A DNA stretch of 64,000 nucleotides from Eledone cirrhosa. Its lineage: Eukaryota. The DNA lies in NCBI GenBank assembly GCA_964016885.1, contig OZ024742.1:158162001-158226000 (forward strand), given 5' to 3'. The position numbers and the translations under genes were made by a program. Below, one piece after another: positions 12,562-26,249 of this stretch; the stretch's first letter is position 1, and each line of letters begins with the position of its first letter. The notes beneath the pieces are model-generated. The model was not told the DNA's origin, ran no database searches, and saw only the letters and a program-made list of their open reading frames with translations.

Positions 12562-15500
12562 ATGACCTCACTCAGAATAGGCAGCATAAATGCGCGTGGC
12601 TTGGGGTCGTCATGGAAGCAGGGCCACCTGCTCAACGACCTCATGTCACTAAACATAGATGTAGTGGCCATCAGCGAGACCAGAATCTCCGAAGCACGGG
12701 CCTTCGCACCGATCTTCGGCGGCTACGATGTGTACGCATCTGCCAGCCGTCCTGGATCGGAGGGAAGGAGTTGCCATACGGGTCATCTTCCTGGACCCAG
12801 AGGGTAAGTTGGTGGTGCTGGACGTGACCAGCGGAGACGGGCAAGCTTTCAGCTAGTGGCCGTCTATGCCCCGACAGGAGCAGGGCGGCCCAATTTCTTC
12901 CGGCGTCTGGAGACCTTTCTTGAGACGTCCCACTCATTAGTGGGCAACTGGAACGGGATCTTAGATGCACGCTGGGATTGTGTGAGATTAGTGGATAGGG
13001 AAGGAGGGTGCAAGAGTCTCACCAACCTGCTCAGGCGTCTTGAACTGTCTGACAGGTACCGATTGGATTTCCCGAAAGTATCAATGTGGACTTGGACAAA
13101 TCGTATAGGGTCATCCAGATCATATCTAGATAGAGTATTTTGTAGGGAAATAGATAGGTCTAGCATAGGCTGTCCACAATTCATGATAGTCAGCTACACG
13201 GACCATAAATTCGTGATATGTGTGCTTGACTTAGATAGGCTTCATAGACGAGGACCCGGCTACTGGAAGCTAAACGCGTCCTTACCAGCGCGCAAGGCCT
13301 ACAGAGACCGGATTAACGAACTAGTTAAGCGGGCGTTGACGGGGGCCATCGTCAACAACAAGTGGTTGTCTGCTCTGAAAAGAGCAATTAGAATAGAGTC
13401 CATTAGGGTTAGTAAGGCTTTAGCAATAAAGAAAAATAGAGCAGAGTGAGAAATAGTTAGAAAATTAGACGAGGCTCTTTGAAAAGGCATCGCGACCGAC
13501 GTACTTGCTGCGAAATTGGCCCTTGACAAATTCTTCAATGCAAAGCACGAAGGCTACGTTGTCAGAGCTAGGGTGCGTGCTCTCAGACACGAGGGGACGA
13601 AAGCCGTTCAATGGGTCCGAGTGGCGGAGGCGCGTCGTGGCAACAAAGCCACGATCTGGTCTTTGGTGGACAACGACGGGCGCATGCTACTCGATCCCGG
13701 GAAAATGTGTGAAGCTTTTCAGCGACACTTCGCTCAACTGTTCGGGGGCGGTAGAGGGCCGGATCGAGGGATGGACTTTAGTGTCTACCTCGATGGACTG
13801 CCGCGGCTCTCGGCAACTGAGGCGGAGTGTTGCGAAAAGCCGATAACAGCCGCTGAAGTACGGGAGGCAATGAGTGGCCGCACAAGGGGTAAATCGCCTG
13901 GTTTGGATGGTCTGCCCTATGAACTTTACGTACAAATGCCAGACTTGTTAGGAGGCCTCTTGGCGGACGTCTACTGCAACTGGCAACAGAACGGAAGAAT
14001 TCACAGCTCTGTGAGCCGAGGAGCGGTGGCGCTGCTGAGAAAGGATCCGAACAAGGGGATAACATAGATAGTTTTAGGCCCATAACTCTGCTAAACACAG
14101 AGTTCCAGATTTTGGCCAAGGTGCTAGCAAAGAGGTTGGCGCTTGTCGTTGGTGGTCTGGTGGGAGAGGCGCAGACATGCGCCATTCCTGACAGATCCAT
14201 CCACGACAACCTCCACCTCATGCGATACATCGTAGAGAGGGTAGCTAGGGAACATGGCACGGGTGGGTCTTTGATCAATTTAGATCAGTCGAAAGCATTC
14301 GATAGGGTCGACCATCGTTACCTAGCCGCAGTCCTGAGGGCGGCTGGCTTTGGGCCCGTCTTCAGAGACTGGATCGCTGCCATGCACAGCGACATCTGCT
14401 CTGTAGTGAGAGTGAATGGTCACCTTTCGGAACCGTTCAACATCATACGCTCGGTCCGCCAAGGATGTCCCCTCTCGTCCCTATTGTACGTATTGACTCT
14501 CGAGCCATTACTGCACAAACTGGATACGTTGAGGGAGGTCCCGCGCGAACTAGGATGCGGAAGATCCGTGTCAGCATATGCGGACGATGTCATCGTAGTG
14601 GTGTCGAACGCCAAACACATCGAGGCGATCGGCACTACATTAAGAGAATACGAAGCGGTGACAGGAGCAATGATTAACCAGGAAATGTCAGTGGGCCTGC
14701 AGCTCGGCACCTGGAGAGGAAGGTCCATGCCATCCAACAGCGTCGTCGGGCGCTGGACAGACGGACCGGTTAAATTGCTAGGGGTCTGGTTCTGTCCAGA
14801 CCTCCAGACGGACAAAAACTGGGACGAGGTGACGAGCAGGGTGGCTTCTCTCACCCAGAAATGGGCGGTGAGGAAGCTATCCCTGAAAGGTCGAGCGGAG
14901 GTGGCTAACGCGTACATCGCGTCCGTCATCTACTACCGCCTGACCGTCGTAACTTGTCCTAAGCCTCGCCTGACTGCGCTCGAGCGTTTGTTCTTTCGCT
15001 TTTTGTGGAAGGGACGCGCTCCGATGGTCAGGCGGTTCATCTGCTGTCAACACCCGCTACGTGTAGGGCTGGGCTGGCCGTGGCTGATGATGCAGTCCTG
15101 GGTCAAGCGAAGACAGAGAGGGAGCGCTTGGAGACTGGAATGTCTTCAGGCGCTCACAGCCCTCGACCAATCGGGCAATGTGATCGGTGGAAACGTTACC
15201 TTGGCGTTCTATAGAGGATTAGTGGAGGGGAAGAGAGACGACGTACTTGGAGAAACTCTAGGCGTCGACGAAAATCAACTAGCCAATCTCTTCGGAAGGA
15301 CTTTCGGGCCGGGGCCTATGGACAACTTCCAGAAATCCCTGGCCTGGCAGTGCTATCGGGGAGCTTTGCCAGTTCGGGATAAACTCTACAGGCATGGAGG
15401 TGCCGTCAGCCGGGCATGTCCGAGATGCGCACAGGGCGACGAAACCGTCCTGCACGCACTCGTCCAGTGTCCGAGCATTGCTGACTTGTGGGTTTATGTC

Positions 15501-15833
15501 GAACACCTGCTGTCACGTGTAGGACGGATCCAGCTATTAGCTGAGTCCATCGTGATGATTGCCCCGCCCTCTTCCTTTAGCCGGAAAGGGCAGGCAGTTT
15601 TTATCTGTCTGGTGGCCATGGCGTAAGAGATAGTATGGTGGACACGTTTGAAAGGGCTGAAGACGAGCACTTACCTCTTCGGTGATGCCCTGATTAACTT
15701 TTTCAAATTTCATTTGAAAAGGAAAATCAGGGTAGAGAGGGAAGTGCTCTCTTCCCAGCATTTTGTTGAAAGATGGGTGAGAGAAGCAAGTATGGCCCGA
15801 ATGAATGGGCCTTCTCTGAGTATGTGTCTGTAA
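12562..15833 (+). pseudogene. Tx1 ORF2 (APE endonuclease + RT + CCHC), several stops and frameshifts
   Basis: APE motifs MTSLRIGSINARGL, VAISET, VYAP, GNWN, SYLDRVF and TDHK. RT motifs LDQSKAFDRVDH, RQGCPLS and SAYADD. C-terminal CPRC...ETVLHALVQC. Confidence 0.92.
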
Positions 15834-16077
15834 ATTAAAGGTGGAAAACTGGGAGAGGGCGCTTGCCCTGGTGGTCAGGGTCACTGTGGTCTTTTAATGG
15901 GCTTTCTCCACAAATGTCCCTCGGAAGTCTCCCCCCTATTGGGGAATTTTTCTTTTGTTATTTTATTACATCCTCTGTCTTTTTTACACCTAGAAATGCC
16001 CATTTGTACCGTCCTGTATTGTCCTGTACTGTCCTTAATGTCTACTTTATGTAAACCCCTGTGGTTAATAAAGAAAA

Positions 16078-16122
<45 letters not shown>

Positions 16123-16334
16123 ATTTAATTGAATCCCTCTCTCTAAAATATCCATCTTCGTAATGTCTAGAATGAAAATATGGACGACAACAGAACCTAA
16201 ATATAGAAACGTTAAAAGTATGAATTATGTTTAATAAAAATACCATGAAAATATTTTTTTTTTAAATTTGTATAGGAAATGAACAACAATGCAAAAATAA
16301 TGTAGAAAAACAACATATACACACAAACACACGC

Positions 16335-16367
<33 letters not shown>

Positions 16368-16368
16368 A

Positions 16369-16452
<84 letters not shown>

Positions 16453-16798
16453 TGTGTGTGTGTGTGTGTGTGTGTGCATATAAATATATTAATGCAATAT
16501 ATAAAAAATCCTAATAATGTAATTCTTGGAAAACTCAGAATAAAACATATATGAGGAGAAAACAAATGTCAAACGAAGAGTGAGAAACACAGAAGAAAAA
16601 AATAGAATCTGTTGTTTTTGAACACGAAATGTGTACAGAAAGCTAAAAGGAATTTTGTTTTTTACGACTAAGTTAAATTAGCTTCCTCTACAAAGCGCAT
16701 TTTGAATTATTATTAACATTAGCATTATTACAATTCTTAGTAGTAGTTGGAATTTTTGTTGATGTTACTGATGGTGGTGATGTTGTTTTAAGTCTTTT

Positions 16799-16858
<60 letters not shown>

Positions 16859-17883
16859 TCTTTTTTTAAACACTTGCACATCTATAATCTAATGAGATAC
16901 AATATAACTGAAGCAATGCATTTTAAAATGTATTTATGTTCAGGTTGCGACAATAAATTTTCGTTCCAAACTTCAAATCCAACATGTCTTTTTTGTTTGG
17001 ATATTTTATATTTAATTATACGTTTGTTTTGGTGGGAGGGCCCTCGTCCGCCATTTTCAATGAATCCATCATCAATATATCTCCTTGAGGTTTATTTCTA
17101 AAAAAATGTATATTTCTATATATTTGTTCTCGTATATATTTATTATATGTAACATTAATTCAAAGGTTTAAGTTATTGCTGCCTAACGTCCTTCACTATC
17201 GTGTCTTTGTTTTTTAGGAAGTGTGTTTCCTCGATTACCAATTTCTAATATTTTAAGAATGATTAGGAGATACTTGACTTGGCAATTTTCTTTTTAATTC
17301 ATGTAACACTGTAGATTATCTCTGATTTTGATTTTACCTTTCATTGTTTAATATGAAAACGGTATAAATCTATGAATTGTCAGAAGATAGTAATATATTC
17401 TGCAGTACATTGCAGATATTTCAGCTTCTGAAGAATTATTCCCAGTGTTTAATTTAGCTCTCCTCCAAACAGCTGAAAAACAAAATCAGAACACATACCC
17501 TACTATAGGAACGACACAACTTATTATTACAACACCTAGACATTTTCGTATCATTCTACTTTGTTAATATATATATGTTTCGAAAAGGTTCAACAATAGA
17601 TATTTATAAATAATTAGATGAGTTGTGTTTGTTATGATTCTGTCACGAATATAATTTATATGAACATCGACAAGATGTTTCAACTAAAAGAAATATATAT
17701 GTTGGGCACGGATTCTTACTTACATTCAAGCCTAAAACTTCATAGGTAAGAGAAAATAAACTCATGTGACATTTATACATTATTTAATTTCATTAGATTT
17801 TTTACATATATAGATATACATGTTGGATAAAATCTTAGCCTGCGACGTGCAGGTGAACATTGAAACGCAGTCATTATTGTTAT

Positions 17884-18050
17884 GGATTGGCAATATCGGT
17901 AGAGGGTCTGACGCCATGCTTTGCAGCAAAGAGTCTGAGTTCAAATCCCGCCGATGTTAACTTTGCCTTTCATCCTTACGGGGTCGATAAAATAAAGCAC
18001 CAGTAATACACTGACATAATTGCTGGCCTTGTGCCAAAAAATATAAAAAA
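17884..18050 (+). mobile_element. tRNA-derived SINE
   Basis: Same family core and B-box. Confidence 0.8.
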
Positions 18051-18399
18051 TTATTGCTATGTTTCTTATGAGTAATAACAACGATATTGGATGCAAAGCT
18101 GATCGTGACTTTTACTCAACTGAAACATAAGTCTTGGTTTTCAATAATTTAAGCTTCAGTTATATTTAGAGAGTTATAAATTGCAATGAAAGAAGAAATG
18201 GATACGTAAACGAACAGTAATCTGTAAACATAATACGGTTTCAATCTGCGACAAAAATTTAGAAACGAGTACAATACCAACCTCAGAGTGACCAACACAA
18301 TTTTCACCAGCATTACTACATGCGCGACAAAGAAAACCGACGCCGTTGTCAGCAACAAAAGCAGAAGCATCAACAATAACAGCAGATACAAGAACAATA

Positions 18400-18592
18400 A
18401 TGGTTTTTATATAGGCACACGGTCAGCAATTTCTGGGAAGAGAGAAGTCGATTAAACCGACCCCAATGCGTGACTGGTACTTTATTTCATAGACCCCGTA
18501 AGGATGATTTGAACTCAGATCATAAAGGGCCGTAACTCTATGCTGCAAAGCATAGCATCCGACCCTCTACAAATACAGATAATCATCCGCCC
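18400..18592 (-). mobile_element. tRNA-derived SINE (variant 3' end)
   Basis: Reverse-complement core CTGGTACTTTATTT...GACCCCGTAAGGATG and TTTGAACTCAG. Confidence 0.75.
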
Positions 18593-19429
18593 CAAGTACG
18601 ATAACAATAATGAACATATTAAAAAGCGTCAATATTTCAACTTGGTAGCTAACCAATAAAACAGAAAGCTAGTGGTTGTCCAGCCATCCTGCTGCCAGCC
18701 GATAGGTCAAACAGCGAACTCTGTTGTTGTTGCTTCTTTTGCCATGTGCGCCTGAAAAGGTATCCGTTATCACTATTATTATGAAATGTCTGTGTATAAG
18801 AGAAGTGGCGACCGTTTCACAATATTCTGAATATATTAAGTGATTCTACATGTTCTTGTATTAGAAATATAAAATAAAACATGAGAAATAAAGAAACATA
18901 CATCACACACGAAAACAAAATAAATCAATTATGCTACTAAGAGAAAAACAATCTCTAAACTTTGCCAACATATCTATCATAGTAAATTTGAATTGTAGCT
19001 ACTGATAAACATAAATATCTAAATGCGCCTTTGTATTTTCTATTTTATCTGAATAAATATTGTCGAAATATAGTGCTAATGGTTAATTTGAAATGCGCTA
19101 GATTCAACATTTCATAAAATACACTAACACACAAAACAGGAATGTTGAGGATATTCATATTGGATTTAATTTTAGGTTAATGCTATATTTTAAACATACC
19201 AAAACATTGTTTAAGCAGGGAAAATAAATCAAGGCTAAAATACGTTTAAATAGACGGAGCTTTCAATATATTTGCATAAATTTAATGAGTCGTCCACTCC
19301 TTGTTGTTTCACTTTTACAATACTCTGCAGCTATATACACAGTTCCCGACCACGTTTTTACTTTAATTAACTATTTGTAACATCATTCCTCGCCTTATCC
19401 TTCCATGTGCGGTTATAACAATAGTTTCT

Positions 19430-19630
19430 ACAAAGCCAACAAATTGAATAAAAGTGGAAAGTCGATTAAACCAACCTCAGTGCGTTATTGGTGCTTTATT
19501 TTATCGACCCCGTGAAGATGATAGGCAAACCTAACCTCGGAGGGTTTGAACTCAGAACGTAATAGGCCGTAACTAAATGCCGCAAAGCACATTGTCCGAC
19601 GATCTACCCTTAACGCCTATCCACCGCCCT
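19430..19630 (-). mobile_element. tRNA-derived SINE, diverged
   Basis: TTTATTTTATCGACCCCG...TTTGAACTCAGAACGTAA. Confidence 0.75.
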
Positions 19631-20398
19631 ATTTGCTTTTCTTATAATCTTCCGTTTTATTCCATAATATATTCAAATTTATCATTGTAATGTCGTCAGG
19701 AATCATGTTTTCTATGTGAAAATGTGTTTCCGTGATATTCTCTAGAAGTTTAGCTACATTATTATAGAGGATTTGCACTAACACGTAGGTTTTAAGCCAT
19801 ACATGCATTTTTTGTCATTTTGAAATTCAACCTTACGTCCTGAAATGCAACTATTTTACAATTCGAGTGCAAAAGTATTTTATTTATATTTTCATTGCAT
19901 AGGCTGCACAAGTTTGGCACGAATTTTGAATAAGGGCTTCTTTGTATGTTTAAATTATGGCAGCATAAAATATATTTCTTGTGAAATAAATGAGACTTAA
20001 CCTTCCCACTTGCATTTTGTTTTCTTTCTTTTTCAGGGACGTTTTAAATTCAAAGTAATAAGGTAGCTTTATGCAGTTTGGGGTTTACTTAATCTGAGAC
20101 ATTATGTGACCAACATTTTCACATACAATAGGCAACATCGAAATCTCAAAGAAACTGTTGGTGCCTGGAGATCGATTTACATTTTATTGGTACGTGATTT
20201 ATGTTTATACAAAGCGCTAAAACAATTGTGAATCATCCAAGAACGTAAGTGATTACTATCTAATTACAAACCAAACACCACAAATATATATGGTATCTTT
20301 CAGCATTCTCACTACGAACGCTTGCGACATTATATGTATGTATACATATAACTGGACAGTCACTTTTAAAATTCTCTTAGTGTTGTCTGAAATGCCTT

Positions 20399-20478
20399 AC
20401 ACACGCTGATGAACCGAGGTTATTCCATTTCTGTCAACAAATTACTGGCGAATCATCTCTTTGGATTTGTACGTGTGT
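20399..20478 (+). ncRNA. Decayed type I hammerhead ribozyme motif
   Basis: Stem I ACACACG/CGTGTGT (7 bp) flanks CTGATGA...GGC-GAAT...TG-TA. Stems II and III are imperfect and GAAA is mutated to GAAT. Confidence 0.5.
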
Positions 20479-20647
20479 TATATAGTTATAGAGGTATTTA
20501 TTTACGCTTTACTTTATATTTTAAATTATTGCGTCTATAGTCTGTCTTTCATTGGTGATAGATTCCATACACTGGTGGTTTTTTTCCCTGTTTTATTGAT
20601 AACGCACTGTATATCTCTCTCTGGTGTGTTACATTTTCAACATATTG

Positions 20648-20703
<56 letters not shown>

Positions 20704-20792
20704 AATATATATATATACATATATATATATACATATATATATATTATATATATATATACATATATATACATATATATTATATATATATATAC

Positions 20793-20905
<113 letters not shown>

Positions 20906-22009
20906 GTGTATTATTATATATGCCTGTGTATGAGTCTGTCCATAAGGAAATGCTTTTTACATTTCGAATTTACCAGTCACATGCTGTTTCACAACGTGTG
21001 CCTCTAGAAAGTGTACTCCAATGTTTTGTATGATTTATCACTAGCGTTGACATAAAGCAACAAATCTTGTTGGAAATGATAGATTGTCACACTAATTACG
21101 TTCTGATTTAAAATCCTACCATTGTTGACTGGGATTTTGCCAACAAGGCTCAACTCAGTCATGTAGTCAATTCGAATAAATCAACTGCAATTCATACCTG
21201 CTTATTTATTTGAAGCCTTCCGCAAGTGTTAGAAATTATTAACATTCCTGTTTGCAGAGATGTGTGATGATTCTTATAAAGAAATGCTATTTTATTAAAT
21301 CGTTCCGCACTAAAATATTTATTATGTCCGATATTTATTATACTAAAGCCCGGGTACCAAGGTTGTTGATGTATTATATAACAACATAATTTATTAAATA
21401 GTTTGAGGCACTTTTCATATCTCCCACATTATATTTATTTATAATATGGGTAAATTTAATGTTCTTGACTACAGTCTTCAGCCTTGGGAGAAGGGTATAG
21501 TGAGGAATATCAAACTCGGATTATTACAACTTCTGTCTCAGTTGTTTAGTGTCAAGAAATTGAGTTTGAGCCCAGAGTTTTCGCATTCCCGTGTTATTTC
21601 ATATTCAGTTACGCTTTCTATACTCATTTAGGTTTCTTCCTTCATTCTGTAAAGCATTATTGCGTTTGCTTTTGTATGTTAAAGTGTCTAAAGTGTCATA
21701 ATCTGAACATTTGCTGTATTCATTTGGGGTGTTTGTTTATACATGTAGTTTTATTTTCAATAATGATTGTATTCACACTAATTAATTTGGTTTAATTTGA
21801 ATCATTAATTAATGCATTCATTTTGATTTCTGTTTTCCTTCACTGTCTTTCGATTTTCCGTTTATAATATTTCGAGGAGTTGACTTAATCAATGTATTGT
21901 GGTTAAAGGTATATTGTACTAATAGAATATGATTAATCGTGTACAATGGTAATAGTCTGCATTTGGTGAAATATATTATGTAATATTAAGTTTAAGTGTT
22001 TGAAGTCTT

Positions 22010-23474
22010 ATCGACATAAATTACAATATCCTGAGGGGTATTTATAAAACATAATTCAGAAATAATGATACTGTTAAAATGAGTTAGTATCAGAGAGTTA
22101 TGTCAACCTTCTTCTCATCAGTTATTGGAGAAGCAAGATATACAATTCACTATTACCAAATCTCCCCAACAATTAATCTCGACAAAGAGTTTGAAAATCG
22201 TAAAGATTTCAACACTTATACTTATCCGTGAACAATACGGAGAATACCGAGAAGATTGATATATTTCTCACCTCCAAACATAATCTCTCCCAAACCATAA
22301 CTATGTCTGCACATATACCTTCGTTTGACCAATGCCTTACTGCGACTACTCACCACATGTTCCCACCCTCATATATAATGGCGCTTCAGATCTGCCGACG
22401 GTTGAGTGCGTCGGCGAATCTATTTATGACAATTCATATGATTTCTTAACTCATCAGAAACAGCTGGTCGCGTGACTGAAACAATCAACACAGCAAAGGA
22501 GAATCAATGCTCGACATTTCACAAGTGGTTCATTGGTAGCTACACTGCAGTAATGCAGAGAGAGAAGAATGCCTTCAATAATTGGTATACTTCTCTTTCC
22601 AAATCTAACAGATACAATGAACAGGTGTAAAGGTAATAACCACAACATAGTAACTTAGCTATTGTACATTTTCCAAATATGAATATCATAGGAGCCGGCA
22701 TCTCCGATCTGCAAAGCTATTGAATATTAGATAACTAATAGAAAACTGACCATGTATATAGTGGCTGACTATTGACATATTTGCGATGATAACATTTAAC
22801 CACATATGGTACATATTCCATATGAACGGTGGGATTCGTTTAGGGATGAGTATACTTTTAACTGGCACAGTACAAATAGGATTCAAATCATTAGCCATTT
22901 TCTCGAATAGATCAACATGAACAGGAAGGACATTTATCTTTTTAAGGCAGTTTAATGCATGTATGCAGTACACAACTAGAAGTATTTAAATGATTGTAGA
23001 ATACATGACTTGAACCAGTTTTTATTTTTCATTTGAATATAAACTCACATCAATTCATCATAGTACACCCAGTAAATAATCCACTCACAGTACTCATTTC
23101 CTGGCAGCAATTATTTAATTCAGTATCTCCTTATTCTTAGCATTTGTTTTTAATAAGAACTTCTTCAATAGAGAACGTTCGTTGTTGGCGAATGTGCTGA
23201 AGAATATGCTTCTTATCATCTAAATGACTTCCTGTGTAATAGGATTTAGCTTAATGAAGTCAGATTTTATTAAGTGACTTTTAGCAAACGTTAATGATGT
23301 TAGAACATCATACAGTTCCACGTCACTGCCTATCGATGCATATAAGCTAACTACAACATACCTTTTGGCAACGAAATGATCTAACTTTCTGGCACTAGCA
23401 ACTTCTGATTACAGATAATTTGTCCAATTTATTTCAACAATGACAAGACTAATACAATTCTTGTTTTGATTCAT
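22010..23474 (-). pseudogene. Probable heavily decayed ionotropic glutamate receptor / IR-like pseudogene
   Basis: Ordered motif remnants across frames: VDLFEKMANDLN (S1), SILIPK...WLNVII (pre-M1/M1), ALQIG/SEMPAP (pore loop), YLYTCSL (SYTANL-like), DIVMVWERL and TDK/ISVEI (S2), NSLILTHFNSIII (M4-like). Manual translation only. Confidence 0.4.
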
Positions 23475-23719
23475 TTTCCTAATAATGAGTAATACATCCT
23501 ACCTGTTAAAGGAATTTAAAACTGAAACGCAACACATCATAGGATGATAATTTATTGACGAATTGTAGAGGGCTCGTTGTAGCTTTTCAACAATATACAT
23601 ATAGGTCCTAACCTATGGATATCCAGGTAAATGAGCAGTATAATGTCTCCAATAAATATCTACTCAATCATTTACGATTAATATAATAAATCCTGTTTTG
23701 ACGTTAGAAATTCGATTAA

Positions 23720-24300
23720 TATCGATCCCAATATTTTACGTGTATATTATTTTATTGACCTCAGAAGAATAAAAGCAATATTGATCTCAGCGCGATTTGA
23801 GGTCAGAACGTAAAGGGCCGTAACTAAATGCTACAAAGTATTTTGTCCAACGCTCTAAAGATTCCGTTAAAATACCACCGTTAAAATATAATTGTTTCTG
23901 ATTTACACAAAGGCAACATGGAGAAATAGAAAGTCGATTAAATATACCCCAGTGCATTACTGGTACTTTATTTCATCAACCCCGAAAAGATGAAAGTCAA
24001 AACTAACCTCGGCGGGATTTGAACTCAGAACATAAAGGGCCACAACTCTATGCCACTAAGTATTCTGACCGAATGCTCTACCAATTCTGCCCTTGATACC
24101 GTTAATAAAAATATAATTGTTTTTACTTTTTGGCACCAGGCCAGCAAATTACCCAGTACATTACTGGTACTTTATTGTATCGACCCCGTAAGGATGAAAG
24201 GCAAAGTTAACCTCGGCGGGATTTGAATTCAGATCATAAAGTGACATAACTATGCTAGAAAGCATGGCGTCTGACCCTCTACCGATACTGCCAATTCACC
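23720..24300 (-). mobile_element. Three tandem SINE copies
   Basis: Core and B-box repeated at ~23750-23820, ~23960-24040 and ~24160-24240. Confidence 0.82.
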
Positions 24301-24970
24301 AAAAATATAATGATAGACCCCTCGCAATAACTGACGCTTGTTTTGTTTCCACTTGTTAGCAGTCTATATACACTAATGAGATAAAGCAAAGACAGTTGAC
24401 GCAGAAAAATAATTTGCATTTTAAGTCCGATGAATGTCTAACATGTGTAATTCATATGTGTACTATGAAGAAACCAATCTTACTTGCTTTCTTCTTTCAA
24501 TGGAAAACATTACGGCTCTTGGCAGGTTCACTACGTCCAGGAAGGTATTCTCAGAATCTCAGTTAAAATTAAAACATCAGTGTATCCGCAACATATCTAC
24601 AATAGAAATTAAACTACATTTAGGGCAGCGCGAAAGTCAATAGACCATTGGACCTTCGTTTAACTTCAGCACAGTTTCGGTCTACCAAATTTGATTCGTA
24701 AAATATTAACCAACCCAATGCCGAGTTATACGTTAATGCAACTTGGAGAAATTGGAATGTTGCCAGAAAAATTGTTGATATTTATGAAGGATTCTTACAT
24801 TGGCATTAAATAAAAGCCAGTACAATAACTTGTCGAATAAATAATATAATTTACTAGAGGGGAACGGTCACATATTTATTCATGTTCAAGTTATTTATCT
24901 CACATCTTATAGTCAACTCCGATGCTGGTAGATATTATCAATAGCTATTGTTCACAATTTCAAACAATGG

Positions 24971-25019
<49 letters not shown>

Positions 25020-25021
<2 letters not shown>

Positions 25022-25619
25022 GAAAAAATGAGACAAAATTTCATTTCTCACTCTTAGTACGGCTGTTACTTAAATATAAGTATGTATACGTACATACATT
25101 TGTTTACAAACAAACCGAGCATTATAATAAATGTTCGGTAAATCCATACATACTACTGTACGTCTGTATACATATATGTATGTACGTATACATACTTATA
25201 TTTAAGTAACAGCCGTACTAAGAGTGAGAAATGAAATTTCGTTTCATTTTTTCCATTTATCGTTTTCGGTGCGCCCGGCCGATTAACTCACTCGATATGC
25301 AAATTAGGCTGCTCAGCCTTATATGCATAAGGAAAGTATATACTTTCAGACGTTCAATCATCTGGCAGGAAGGTATACGGTGCTGACGATAGCTAATAAG
25401 CTTGAAGCTAGTACATCGTTCCGTTGTCAGTGTTGAACAAAAGGGCAACGATGGTTGCTAAACACTGTACGGCCTAATTCGGGATGTTTGTTTACAAACA
25501 AACCGAGCATTATAATAAATGTTCGGGAAATCCATACGTACATGTATGTATGTCTGCATGTATGTATATATATACATATACTGTACGTCTGTATACATAT
25601 ATGTATGTACGTATACACA

Positions 25620-25701
<82 letters not shown>

Positions 25702-25731
25702 TGTGTATACGTACATACATATATGTATACA
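25020..25731 (+). mobile_element. Non-coding hammerhead-bearing element (Penelope pLTR-like): inverted tail, then partial tandem copies, in (TA)n
   Basis: 25020-25098 is the reverse complement of 25178-25255. Block TTTGTTTACAAACAAACCGAGCATTATAATAAATGTTCGG recurs at ~25099 and ~25489 and again at ~30913. HHR at 25377-25419. Confidence 0.65.
25377..25419 (+). ncRNA. Minimal type I hammerhead ribozyme (GAAA mutated to GAAG)
   Basis: ACGGTG-CTGACGA-TAGCTAATAAGCTT-GAAG-CTAG-TA-CATCGT. Confidence 0.7.
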
Positions 25732-26249
25732 TATTAACAAATGAATTGGTTTGATTTCGTTGAATTTTTGAAACACCGAGGCTTGCATCATTCTATAATC
25801 ACTGTTACCTCAACTCTGCTAAAGCACCCCAGTAATAAAGGTGGACCCGATATGAATGAATCCAGGCATTCCTATATGCATTTAAATAATTGTTTTTTAT
25901 GTATTTCCTTGTCAGTTAATTCATTACTTATAAATATCGATCGTATTACATATCAAAGCATAAAATACATTGCAATAGTTTAGAATTGAGATGTTTGACA
26001 GTGACTACCTCGTGTCCCATGACAGCACTACGTGTTTTTATAGCCATGGAAAGACTTTAAAACATCAAAGTATTTCTAAGCTATATACAGTATTAGTGAA
26101 TAAAAGAATATTGCATTTAGATGACTTAGCACTGAATCGAAGACGATTTACTTTGAAGAATAAGTTTCATTTCAAATTGCTAGCGATAAGCTGTTTTGAA
26201 CAGTATGGACATGAATATTCATTAAATAAGTAGTTTTCACAAGGAAAAA

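Larger units (their letters stand above)
10550..16078 (+). mobile_element. Tx1/L1-clade LINE, copy 2, near full length (ORF1 + ORF2 + 3'UTR with AATAAA), inactivated
   Basis: Two consecutive disrupted ORFs. The 3'UTR matches copy 1 and ends ...GTGGTTAATAAAGAAAAC followed by (ATT)n at 16079-16121. Confidence 0.93.

Noticed and set aside
17040-17085. RYIDDGF RT-like motif on the minus strand
   Set aside because: An in-frame stop lies immediately upstream and there are no other RT motifs. Likely chance.
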